A stretch of 64,000 nt of DNA, from NCBI RefSeq assembly GCF_001194135.2, contig NC_069000.1:12149071-12213070 (forward strand), given 5' to 3'. The notes beneath the pieces were generated by a model. That model had not been told where the DNA came from, made no database searches, and saw nothing but the letters and a program-made list of their open reading frames with translations. The translations under genes were made by a program, and so were the position numbers. Source of the DNA: Octopus bimaculoides (Eukaryota). Below are positions 38,255-50,668 of this stretch, piece by piece; the first letter of the stretch is position 1, and every line of letters begins with the position of its first letter.

Positions 38255-38634
38255 ACATACATACATACATACATACATACACTCACATATATAAACATAG
38301 TGTGCGTGATTGTATGAATGTTTGTGCATGTGTGCGCGCATGCGTGCGGATTAGACATATGCAAGTCAACAAATATCTAGTACCAACTCATTCATTCCTT
38401 CCTTCATTCCTTCATTCACTCACTCACTCTTTCTTTCGGTTCATTGCTCCAATCTATATTCAATGTCTTTGTCATTCTTCCTTCTCAAATGCATCTTCTC
38501 TATCGCTTTTACTTTCGACTTCTTCCTTTTCATTTGCTCACTTTTTATCTTCGTCCATCTTGTCCTTCTATAATGCCTTTCTTTCTGCTAACACCCTTCA
38601 ACCTCTCCCTCATTTTCACTCTGTCTCTCTCTCT

Positions 38635-38676
<42 letters not shown>

Positions 38677-38798
38677 CTTTCTAAAACTCTTTCTCTCTCT
38701 CTCTCAAAAACATATGTATATACTTATACGCCTACACCCACACGCACATACACACACACGCACACACCCTCACACATACTCTCAGACACACACACACA

Positions 38799-38836
<38 letters not shown>

Positions 38837-39506
38837 TATATATATATATGTATATCTGCATACGGTGTATATATATACATATGCATATATTTATATTAAC
38901 ATATATATATGCATATATGTATTATATATATATATATATATATATACATACATACATACATACATACATTCATGCATATATATATACATATATGCATACA
39001 TATATTTATGTATGCTTGAATGTCTTATATATGTATCTGTATATATGTGTGTGTGTACATATACGTGTCTCTTAGTGTGTGTGTGTGTATATAATACACT
39101 CACATAATCTCATAGATACAAACAAGGGCATACGCACACACACACACATACACCCTGATCCCGCCACCGCTTTCCCGCCTTCTCTTCATCTGTTATTCTA
39201 CATCGCTAATCCCTCACTTCCCTGCATTATTCCACCTTACCATATTCCTCACAAACAGTCTGGTGGCGATCACATGGAACAAATGGCGAATTATTTGAAG
39301 TCATTGATTTAAGCCATCACTTAAAACAACAATCAAAGTCGTACGTAAGTAGAAAGACACCGCCCCCCCCCCTCCACGCCACCCTAACTAAATGGATGGT
39401 GATGATTGAATGACTCATTGGTTAACAGCGCCACTTAGCGGAGGATGCGAACACATTTGTCGAACGGAAGATAAAACACTACTACTATTGCTGCCGCCGC
39501 CGCCGC

Positions 39507-39575
<69 letters not shown>

Positions 39576-39590
39576 TGTAATAGTAGTAGT

Positions 39591-39718
39591 TCGTTAAACA
39601 TTTCTGACACCGAGACCCAAAACCCAAACACCAACCGAACTTACTTCAGACCTTTACCCCTTTCGATCTCACGAATCATTTGTTCTTTTCTTTTTCCTTC
39701 TGCCCCTCCTCTCTCTCT
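39591..39718 (+). repeat. Right arm of inverted repeat pair (partner 37381-37515)
   Basis: tcgttaaacatttctgacaccgagacccaaaacccaaacaccaaccgaactta...cacgaatcatttgttcttttc. Confidence 0.9.
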
Positions 39719-40159
39719 AGCATTAAGTCTAGTCTACCCAAGATTATTAATGTTCAATGTATCTAATATGTCTTCCATTTTGTTTTTTTTTGTCTTTGTC
39801 AAGATACATTTTGGTTTCCGTCTGCCATTAATGACCAAAGATGAGGGTCAGTTAGTGACCTGCACTACTGGAACAGCGTTGTTTGTGCCTGCTGCTTCTA
39901 TCTTTTCTGTATACGATTTTCGAGAGGACCAAATCCTGGAAAGTATGTTATTGGAAGAAAACTTTTTGCCCATGAAACTTGTCTTCCACTTTCCACGTCA
40001 CGGGGATGGGTCCAGAATAACAGTATGGCCGTTACAATTTTGACACCAGCATTGTCATAGGAGTTGTCAGAACGAGGTAGTTGTCAGAACGAGGTATCAG
40101 TAATACTATGGCTGTGAAATCTTGCATGCATTAATTTCAACATTTCTTATTAATATCTG

Positions 40160-41342
40160 CATTGTTTCTTTCCAGGTAAACTGACCTTTGTCTGCTCAAA
40201 GAAGTCTTCGAAAGTAACTAGTTGCGACTTGAAAACGAACAAAAGTTGGCATCGCCGTATTTTCAAGTAGAAAAGGGTTTCAAGTAGAAAAGGGTTTAGC
40301 CTCCAAGAACATTCATGCTGACATAGCTGCTACAATAGAGGACGACGCTCCAGCTTTATCAAAGGTGCAAATGTGGACTGCTGAATTTAGGAGGAGAAAG
40401 GGGACTCTTGAAAATGACCCAAAGACTGGGTGCCCTGCAGCTTCCACCACCAAGGTAAACATTGATCGTTCTAACCAGATGGTGATGGATGACAGGCGAT
40501 TGACCATAAATCAAATATCCAATGCTGTTAGCATATCCCATGAGAGAGTTGACAATATTCTGCTCGGCGAACTTGGCATGACGAAGGTTTCTCCTCGGTG
40601 GGTGCCATCTCTTCTGACACCTGATCAAAAGCGCACAATGATGATCCTATCAAAATCTTACATAGTTTGAGACAGTCCCAGCTGGTTTCCTTGAACGTTT
40701 CCTACCCAAGATGAGTGTTGGTTTCATCTCTTTAAGCCGGAGACAGACAAAGAAACAATCCATGCTGTGGAACCACCCTTCCTCACCTGCCCCAAATAAG
40801 GCCAAGGTTGTTTCATCTGCAGGGAAGGTGATGTTCTCAGTTTTTCGGGATGCAAAAGGCATCGTGTTTATTGACCATCTCGAGATGGGCGTCATCATCA
40901 ACGGAGAGTACTATGGCCAACTTGTTGAGGCAGTTACGAAAAGCTGTCAAAACCCAAAGCCTAGGAAAACTGACGAGTGATGGCATGTTTAAGCAGGACA
41001 ATGCTCCAGCACACAAGTCCTTCGTTTTAATAGCAGTTGTGCGTGACTGTCACTTTGTGCTGGTTGATTACCATCCCTGTTCCCATGATTTGGCCCCATA
41101 CGATGATCATCTGCTCTTCAATATGAAAAAAAGCACTTGGTCGGGAACTAGTATCGCAATGACGATGACGTCATGCTTGCTGTTGATAACATTTTTCGCC
41201 AACAGGGGGCAAAGCTTCTTCACCGATGGAGTCCTAAACCAATGCAAGAAGTGTATGGATTGCAAGTTGAATTATGTTGAAAAATAAACCTCACATGCCA
41301 TGAGAGTATCCCCATCAGCTCATGAAATTTTCAGCAGATACA
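40160..41342 (+). mobile_element. Near full-length decayed mariner transposon (DD34D), frameshifted
   Basis: HTH (DDRRLTINQIS...KVSPRWVPSLLTPDQK), QDECWFH (Asp at 40710), AGKVMFSVF, QDNAPAH (Asp at 40997), DLAPYD (Asp at 41102, 34 codons after the second Asp), and C-terminal NYVEK*. A TIR-like end at about 41320-41342 resembles the 45601 MITE TIR. Confidence 0.93.
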
Positions 41343-41958
41343 CAAACAGACACAGACACACACACACATACGCACGCATGCACGCACGCACATATGTATA
41401 AGCATACATACATATTTAAGCTGAACTTAGATAGCAAAATTTAAAATTCTTTAGAAACATTTAATAGTTTTGATGAGAAATGTAGTAAGAAACATTTCTT
41501 TTACAAGAGATTTTAGCGAAAACCTACATGTTAGCATATTCCTCATTTATACCGCATCAGATATAGAAACGAAAATCTCACGAGATGTATCAAATTCTCT
41601 AGTGTATTTCGATTCATACTGCACATGTTCAGCATGGAAAATAAAGACCACTTCAAAGGGAATATATGGAAGGGAATTATGGTCTAACAACCTGATCCAC
41701 CACAAATGAAATGATGAAAAAAAAAAAAGAAATACCTGCTTCCACTTCGTCCTTCTCTGGTGAAACGAGAATGGGTCTGAGAATGTTCATACATGTACGT
41801 ACTCAGATATAAGTATACGCAAATACACACACACACAAACACACACACATACACGCACACATAAGACACACATACATATATACATAAGCAGACACGCTTA
41901 TACAAATGCATACACCAATCGCTAACATATGCAAACAAATACGCGCATGTATGAAGGA

Positions 41959-42002
<44 letters not shown>

Positions 42003-42193
42003 ACGCACACACACACATACATGCATATACGCAAAAACGCGTGCGCGCAGAAGTATACTATTTCTGCACACAAACGTATGTACACAGTAACATAAATATA
42101 TAAACATAAAGTTGTGCGTGTGTATTATATATGTACATACTCAAGTTCGTACAGGAACGCACACATATCCATATACACACCTACACACACATA

Positions 42194-42227
<34 letters not shown>

Positions 42228-42374
42228 ATGCATATATAATGTATATAAAATGTGAATATATATATATGCATGTATAAACTTATAACCATATATGTCGGCT
42301 GAAATTCGAAGCCCTCCTTTTCCTCCTCCTCTACCACACTTTATTCGCGTAATTTTTTCTTCTATTTGCTACTC

Positions 42375-42380
42375 TTTATC

Positions 42381-42414
<34 letters not shown>

Positions 42415-43206
42415 TCATCGTCGTCATTGTTGTCGTCGTCATCACCACCACCACCACCACCACCACCACCATCATGATCATCATCATCATCGTCATCATC
42501 ATCATCTGCATCATCATCATCATCATCATCGTCATCATCATCATCGTCATCATCATCATTTTCATCATCTTCATCATCATCATCATCATCTGCATCATCA
42601 TCATCNNNNNNNNNNNNNNNNNNNNNNNNNNNNNNNNNNNNNNNNNNNNNNNNNNNNNNNNNNNNNNNNNNNNNNNNNNNNNNNNNNNNNNNNNNNNNNN
42701 NNNNNNNNNNNNNNNNNNNNNNNNNNNNNNNNNNNNNNNNNNNNNNNNNNNNNNNNNNNNNNNNNNNNNNNNNNNNNNNNNNNNNNNNNNNNNNNNNNNN
42801 NNNNNNNNNNNNNNNNNNNNNNNNNNNNNNNNNNNNNNNNNNNNNNNNNNNNNNNNNNNNNNNNNNNNNNNNNNNNNNNNNNNNNNNATCATCGTCATCA
42901 TCATCATCGTCATCATCATCATTTTCATCATCTTCATCATCATCATCATCATCTGCATCATCATCATCATCATCATCATCGTCATCATCATCATCGTCAT
43001 CATCATCATTTTCATCATCTTCATCATCATCATCATCATCTGCATCATCATCATCGTCAATGTCGTCGTCATCATCATCATCATCATCATCATCATCGTC
43101 ATCATCATCATCGTCATCATCATCATTTTCATCATCTTCATCATCATCATCATCATCATCTGCATCATCATCATCGTCAACGTCGTCGTCATCATCATCA
43201 TCATCA
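42375..43206. repeat. (ATC)n/(GAT)n trinucleotide array with higher-order units of about 87-120 bp
   Basis: The marker ATTTTCATCATCTTC recurs at 42558, 42921, 43008 and 43125, each followed by a TGC variant. An N-gap lies inside the array. Confidence 0.9.
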
Positions 43207-43886
43207 AATTCGTTGTTGTTGTGGGTCGTTGTCATCATCGTCATCACGATCGTCGAGGCCGTTGTTCTGGTCGCCGTGGTCGTCGTTACCCACTGGCTGT
43301 GGTTTCGAACGCCATCTTCGCCCTCTTCGCCGTGGACATCGTTATCATTATCATCATCATCATCATCAGCATCCTTTTCTTGTCCTCTTTTCCTCCCCTT
43401 CTCCTGCTCCTCTTCATCTTCACCCTCCCACTTGTCCTCCTAGACCTTAACCCTCTTTCTTCTCCAGCTCCCCTTTCTCCACCCCTTCCTTCTCCCCCGT
43501 TCTCCCCTTTCCACCTCCTCCTCCGTCTACTCATCATCATCATCGTCATCATCATCATCATTGTTATCGTCAGTAACATTATCATCATCGTCATCAGCAC
43601 CGTTAAAGATTAGCGACTGAAGACATTTTAGCGTCGATTCCTTATTCTCCATGTTCCATTATACTTGCAAAAGGTATCAACGTGCCAATACTGTATTTCT
43701 ATAAAAACATTATAAATAAACGTGTGTGTATGCTTGTATATGTGTGTGTGCGTGTGTGTGTGTGTGCGCGTGTGTAAGAGAGCTGTGCCGCTGATAGTTG
43801 AGTAAATTTTATACACCAAGGGGTTGGACGATGGATGTTGTTTTTTTTTTTCTTCTGATGTAATAAAGAGTTGTCCTTTCTAACAA

Positions 43887-44290
43887 TATTATTTTGTACT
43901 CTAGGCCCAAGGCTCGAAATTTTTGGTGGGATGGGGGCCATTCAATTAGATCGACCCCCCCCCAGTACACAGCTGATACTTTATCGATACCGAAAGGATG
44001 AAAGGCAAAGTCGACCTCGGCGGAATTTGAACTCAGAACGTTGCGGCTGACGAAAGACCGCTAAGCATTTCGCCCGACGTGTCAACGTTTCTACCAGCTC
44101 GCCGGCTTTCTAGTAATATTCTTTTCTACTCTAGACACAAGGCCCGAAATTTTAGGGGAGGAGCCAGTCGATTAGATCGACTCCAATACACAACTGGTAC
44201 TTAATTTATCGACGTGCTAACAATTCTGCCTGCTCGCCACCTTAAATTTATTCTTTCCTACTCTAGATACAAGGCCCCAAACATTTTTGC
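43887..44290 (-). mobile_element. SINE family B tandem trimer (full copy, internally deleted copy, tail only)
   Basis: 43887-44104 is full length. 44116-44243 jumps from ttatcgac to gtgctaac. 44250-44290 is tail only. Confidence 0.88.
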
Positions 44291-44550
44291 CAACCAAGGA
44301 CTTATGATTGGACTTGGTAGACAGAACCTTAGGGAAGCCTTTTACATGTGTGTGTGAGGTGGGGGTCCACTTATATTTGTTTTCATCCATCGTTTGATAA
44401 CTGGCGATGGATTGTTTCCGTTCTCAACACATAATGGTTTAGCAAAAGAGTCCGATAGAATAAGTAACAGGCTTACAGAAATAAACCCTTCATGGTGGTG
44501 CCCCAGAATGTCCGCAGTCCAGTGGCTGAAACCAGTATAAGATAAAAAGT
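44290..44550 (+). mobile_element. SINE family A-related, diverged body and tail
   Basis: ttggtagacagaac...ggtttagcaaaagagtccgatagaataagtaacaggcttacag...ggtgccccagaatgtccgcagtccagtggctgaaaccag. Confidence 0.75.
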
Positions 44551-45310
44551 AAGAAAATAAGATTTCCACTCATCTTACTCTAGGTAATACAAGAACCTTC
44601 AAAACTAGCTCTAAATTCTATAGATCTTCGAAATTATAACCCAACTGTTGAGTTTGTTCGTCAGTAAAAAATGCTTCCGGTCCGGCGAACGTCTTAGAAG
44701 AGCAAATGCAAACTGCATTAGGATTGATTTCACAAAATGATGCTCTCGCTGCCGCTGCAAGCAATTATCGCAGATCACACTACAAGAAACTCCATTCGCC
44801 TAATTGGCAACGATTCATTTAGCAGGAAGTTTCTTTTTTTTTTTTTTTTTTAAAGGGAAGCAAGCTACGGCTTTGTTCTATTGCTAATAGAGTGACTTCT
44901 TCTGACATGACTAAATGGCCAACTTTGATCCGTTAAATACATTCATTTTATCCCACACTTAGGAAGACCCATCCCTATCGTCTGAAATAATCGTATCTTT
45001 TCTTTGCATTTTTTTTGGTTCCCCTTTAGCTTACAGGAAAAAAAAAGAACAGAGAAAACTCAAGCTGAATATCAGCTTCATTNNNNNNNNNNNNNNNNNN
45101 NNNNNNNNNNNNNNNNNNNNNNNNNNNNNNNNNNNNNNNNNNNNNNNNNNNNNNNNNNNNNNNNNNNNNNNNNNNNNNNNNNNNNNNNNNNNNNNNNNNN
45201 NNNNNNNNNNNNNNNNNNNNNNNNNNNNNNNNNNNNNNNNNNNNNNNNNNNNNNNNNNNNNNNNNNNNNNNNNNNNNNNNNNNNNNNNNNNNNNNNNNNN
45301 NNNNNNNNNN

Positions 45311-45356
<46 letters not shown>

Positions 45357-45425
45357 TGTAAATATGACATATCTACACACACACATACACATACGCACCC
45401 CCACATATATATATATGTATATATG

Positions 45426-45580
45426 GGTGTGTGGTAAGAAGTTAGCTTCCGAACCATAAGGTTCCTAGTTCAGTCCCACTGCGTGGCACCTTGAGCTAGT
45501 GTCTTCTACTATAGCCTCGGATCGACCAAAGCCTTGTGAGTAGATTTGGTAGACGGAAACCGAAAGAAGCTCATCGTATA
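45426..45580 (+). mobile_element. SINE family A, 5' half
   Basis: gtgtgtggtaagaag...ttcagtcccactgcgtggcaccttgagctagtgtcttctactatagcctcgg...gaaagaagctcatcg. Confidence 0.9.
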
Positions 45581-45600
45581 TATAAATATACACATATATA

Positions 45601-45802
45601 CGAGGGTGTGCTGCAAAGTTCCTAGTTTTGAGTAAAAGAAAATACAGGAGGATCAGTTAATTATGATTTCATTCAAGATACACACACTTATTGCAGCGGT
45701 CCTTCAGGTTTTCTAAGCCCTACAAAAGAACTTGGAAGGTTGGACCTCCAGGCACTCCTTTCATGACACCTTTAAAGCTAAGAACTTTTCGGCAAGCGCT
45801 CG
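45601..45802. mobile_element. 202-bp mariner-type MITE inserted at TA in the SINE A linker
   Basis: Left TIR CGAGGGTGTGCTGCAAAGTTCCTAGTTTT matches the reverse complement of 45774-45802 at 22 of 29 positions. TA lies at 45599-45600. Confidence 0.85.
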
Positions 45803-46050
45803 CACCCCCCTCCCGCTTCACATGCATATGTATTTACACACACACACATACACGTATACATACATACCTACATACATACCTACATACATACATACATACA
45901 TACGTACGTACTTGCGTAACCATTTCTATGTAAATTAACAAAAAGAACTCAATACTGTTAAGTAGAGTGGAATAACATATTTCAGGTTAAAATTTTATGA
46001 ATTTCCTTTTCGTGGTACGTGTTTGTCATTCTACCTACCTACCTGCTTAC

Positions 46051-46126
<76 letters not shown>

Positions 46127-47045
46127 ATACATACATATATATATATATATATANNNNNNNNNNNNNNNNNNNNNNNNNNNNNNNNNNNNNNNNNNNNNNN
46201 NNNNNNNNNNNNNNNNNNNNNNNNNNNNNNNNNNNNNNNNNNNNNNNNNNNNNNNNNNNNNNNNNNNNNNNNNNNNNNNNNNNNNNNNNNNNNNNNNNNN
46301 NNNNNNNNNNNNNNNNNNNNNNNNNNNNNNNNNNNNNNNNNNNNNNNNNNNNNNNNNNNNNNNNNNNNNNNNNNNNNNNNNNNNNNNNNNNNNNNNNNNN
46401 NNNNNNNNNNNNNNNNNNNNNNNNNNNNNNNNNNNNNNNNNNNNNNNNNNNNNNNNNNNNNNNNNNNNNNNNNNNNNNNNNNNNNNNNNNNNNNNNNNNN
46501 NNNNNNNNNNNNNNNNNNNNNNNNNNNNNNNNNNNNNNNNNNNNNNNNNNNNNNNNNNNNNNNNNNNNNNNNNNNNNNNNNNNNNNNNNNNNNNNNNNNN
46601 NNNNNNNNNNNNNNNNNNNNNNNNNNNNNNNNNNNNNNNNNNNNNNNNNNNNNNNNNNNNNNNNNNNNNNNNNNNNNNNNNNNNNNNNNNNNNNNNNNNN
46701 NNNNNNNNNNNNNNNNNNNNNNNNNNNNNNNNNNNNNNNNNNNNNNNNNNNNNNNNNNNNNNNNNNNNNNNNNNNNNNNNNNNNNNNNNNNNNNNNNNNN
46801 NNNNNNNNNNNNNNNNNNNNNNNNNNNNNNNNNNNNNNNNNNNNNNNNNNNNNNNNNNNNNNNNNNNNNNNNNNNNNNNNNNNNNNNNNNNNNNNNNNNN
46901 NNNNNNNNNNNNNNNNNNNNNNNATATATATATATATATACAAACACAGACATACACACACATGCATGTACACATGAATATATATATATAAATATAGATT
47001 CTCATGACATAACTTGATATGCAGACACGTACACATGGAGACAGG

Positions 47046-47084
<39 letters not shown>

Positions 47085-48760
47085 ATACACACATATATAT
47101 ATGGGTGGGTGTGTGTGTATGCATATGTATGTGCGCGCGCGTGTGTATATGTAAATATATATGTACTCATATATTCATGTTATATGTGTGCGTATGCGCA
47201 TGTATACAGGTATGTATATGTATACATGCAAACATACATTTATATCCATCTATTTATCTGTCTGTATATATTATACATACACATACACACACGTGCACGC
47301 GTGCAAACACATACATGCACATACACACACATGGACACATACGCACACAGAGATAGACATGTCTATGCACCAGGACACATACATATGGGCAAAGATTATG
47401 CTCATACAATGTATTTTTCGAGGTGTAGGTACGAGAGAAAAATGGATGCCCGCAATGACATATGAACACACACAAGCTCTCACACACATGGACATTAAAT
47501 CATATATATATATATATATATATANNNNNNNNNNNNNNNNNNNNNNNNNNNNNNNNNNNNNNNNNNNNNNNNNNNNNNNNNNNNNNNNNNNNNNNNNNNN
47601 NNNNNNNNNNNNNNNNNNNNNNNNNNNNNNNNNNNNNNNNNNNNNNNNNNNNNNNNNNNNNNNNNNNNNNNNNNNNNNNNNNNNNNNNNNNNNNNNNNNN
47701 NNNNNNNNNNNNNNNNNNNNNNNNNNNNNNNNNNNNNNNNNNNNNNNNNNNNNNNNNNNNNNNNNNNNNNNNNNNNNNNNNNNNNNNNNNNNNNNNNNNN
47801 NNNNNNNNNNNNNNNNNNNNNNNNNNNNNNNNNNNNNNNNNNNNNNNNNNNNNNNNNNNNNNNNNNNNNNNNNNNNNNNNNNNNNNNNNNNNNNNNNNNN
47901 NNNNNNNNNNNNNNNNNNNNNNNNNNNNNNNNNNNNNNNNNNNNNNNNNNNNNNNNNNNNNNNNNNNNNNNNNNNNNNNNNNNNNNNNNNNNNNNNNNNN
48001 NNNNNNNNNNNNNNNNNNNNNNNNNNNNNNNNNNNNNNNNNNNNNNNNNNNNNNNNNNNNNNNNNNNNNNNNNNNNNNNNNNNNTATATATATATATATT
48101 TATATATATTTACACACAAACACATCCATGTAAATGCACATACATATATATGCGTATACAAACATTCATGTACATACGTACACACACATACGCATATACA
48201 CACACACATACACACACACACACTCTCTCTCTCTCTCTCTGTCACACACACACACACACACACAAACATAAATATATATAGAACACATCGCCCACACGCA
48301 TTGACATACATGTATCTAAGTATTCGAAAAATACAAACCACCAGTTTTGACTCCCCGTAGAGCGAATTTCGCTTCAAGAATCTCTTTTACTCCACGTGTT
48401 AGTAGGAACTCAGCATATTGACCTTTCCTAGCATTCTTACCTCCATCATTTCGTGAAGGTATCTGCATCAAGGTGACCCCTATTGTTTCCTTGAAAACCC
48501 CTCTAATATGTCGTCTGTGTGTGTTGATTTAATCTAAACCATACTACAGCATTACGTCGTTTCTGATATCAGATGAGGATTTTCTCGTCAGTTGCTATCT
48601 TCTAAGAGTACAATTGGTCGTGTCAGTTGATCAGTACAGTGAGTGATCTGACAAGAGTTGGGGTTTACAGTTCGTATCATAGCATAATCGATATTCTGAT
48701 TGTACTAACAGTTAAGACTTAGCCCTTACAATCTAAGGTCCAGTTTACCTAACTGTAAAA

Positions 48761-48985
48761 GATGGCGAGCTGGCAGAAACGTTAGCACGCCGGGCGAAAT
48801 ACTTAACGGTGTTTCGTCTGCCGTTACGTTCTGAATTCAAATTCCACCGAGGTCGATTTTGCCTTTCATCTTTTCCGGGTCAATACATTAAGTACCAGTT
48901 GCGTCCTGGAGTCAATCTGATCGGCTGGCTCCCCCCCCCCCACAAAAATTCGGGCCTTGTGCCTAGATTAGAAAAGAATATTATT
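48761..48985 (+). mobile_element. SINE family B, full length (tail type 2)
   Basis: gatggcgagctggcagaaacgttagcacgccgggcgaaat...aaattcgggccttgtgcctagattagaaaagaat. Confidence 0.92.
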
Positions 48986-49167
48986 TTCTTCGGTTTTACT
49001 GTAGACCGAGGTGTAGTGGCCATGAACACTATAGAACGTCGGTGACTACTGAAGTAAACACGGAGCCAACCAGGATTAATAAGGGGCCAACCGTAGGATG
49101 ACCTAATATTCACGATATTGATTTATCTTCAAACAGATAACGAAGCTTAATACTAGAAAATATATGG

Positions 49168-49333
49168 GTTCTGAGTTCAAATTCCGCCGAAGTCGACTTT
49201 ACCTTTCATCCTTTCGGGAGTCGATTAAATAAGTACCAGTTATGCATTGGGGTCGATGTAATCAACTTAATCCCTTTGTCTGTCCTTGTTTGTTCACTCT
49301 TTTTTTAGACTCTTGTGGTCAATAAAGACATAA
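49168..49333 (+). mobile_element. SINE family B, 5'-truncated (tail type 1)
   Basis: gttctgagttcaaattccgccgaagtcgac...ttaatccctttgtctgtcc...caataaagacataa. Confidence 0.9.
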
Positions 49334-49350
49334 ATATGTATATAGTGGTT

Positions 49351-49558
49351 AAAAATTTTGGCACAAGACCAACAATTTCGGAAAGGGGATAAATCGAATG
49401 TATCATCCTTGGCGCTTAACTGGCACTTATCTTTTTACGACCCTGAAAAGATGAAAGGCAAAAATCGACCCCGGCGGAATTTGAACTCAGAACGTAAAGA
49501 CAAATGAGATGCCGCTAATCGTTTTGCGCGGCGCGGTAACGATTCTGCCAGCTCCCCT
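49351..49558 (-). mobile_element. SINE family B, inverted relative to the two upstream copies
   Basis: tgaaaggcaaaaatcgaccccggcggaatttgaactcagaacg...gattctgccagctc on the plus strand. Confidence 0.88.
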
Positions 49559-49634
49559 CCGTCCTAATTGGAAATATGAACTAACGAGGAAATAGAAACG
49601 GCAGAAGCTTTGGCAAAATTGACGGGATGCTGCT

Positions 49635-49665
<31 letters not shown>

Positions 49666-49671
49666 ATGATG

Positions 49672-50185
49672 CAATTCTGTATTGTCTGAGAGGATGAATT
49701 TTTAATTTATTATGTATTAGTTGGAGTGGTGTCCTCAACTTGATTATTGTTTCACTACGTTTCAGCTGTTGTACACTCCAGCCTTCTTTAGGTCTCTTGT
49801 GATTCATCTTAGTGCCTTACCCGGGACTGAACTCTGAACCTCCAGATAACTGCACTGCATTAACAAGAGCCTTTATCCACTGCCCTATGCCCGTAGTTAG
49901 TGCCAGAGTGAATTTTCTTGGCTTATAAGCATCCATTAATGTCTTCTTACAACAGCTTCGTACCAATTGGACAATACAATTTTGTAGTTTCTGAAATAAG
50001 GTATTTTATTTTATGCATTAGTCGGGATTATGCCCTCATCTTGGTTGGTACTTTCACTATATTTCGGCTGAGTACGCTCCAGCTAGTTGATCTAATGCAG
50101 ACACCAAGAGGTCTGAATTCAATCTAAGGTGAATCACAAGAGACCTGAAGATGGCTAGAGCATACAACAGCCGAAATATAGTAAA
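49672..50185. mobile_element. Penelope-like terminal-repeat cluster: two minus copies and one plus copy carrying hammerhead motifs
   Basis: 49672-49813 (-) and 49978-50084 (-) are direct repeats and 50124-50185 (+) is inverted. aggtctcttgtgattcatcttag at 49790-49812 mirrors ctaaggtgaatcacaagagacct at 50124-50146. Confidence 0.7.
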
Positions 50186-50603
50186 AACAACAACAACAAC
50201 AACAACAACCACTCCATCTAATACATTATAACATGATGATGGTGCTGAGTTGATGACGACGACGACGAGGGTATTGGACAAATATGATGAATAATTCGCA
50301 GTTACAGACTACCACAATGACTCATGAGTAATTGTCTGAAGATATTTTTGTCCTGACATTTGCTTATGTATGGAAAATTGTAATTTAAAGATACATTTCG
50401 AAGTCCTAATACATTGATTGGAAAGCGCGGTCACTAAAATATTATACACAGAGACACACGTTTGTTCGTACACACACACACACACACAAACACACACGCA
50501 CAAAAACACACACATACATTCATATACACAAACGTAAACGTACGCATATATCTCTCTTTCTTTGTCTCACCTATCTCTTTCTATCGCTCTGTATATGTGT
50601 GTG

Positions 50604-50668
<65 letters not shown>

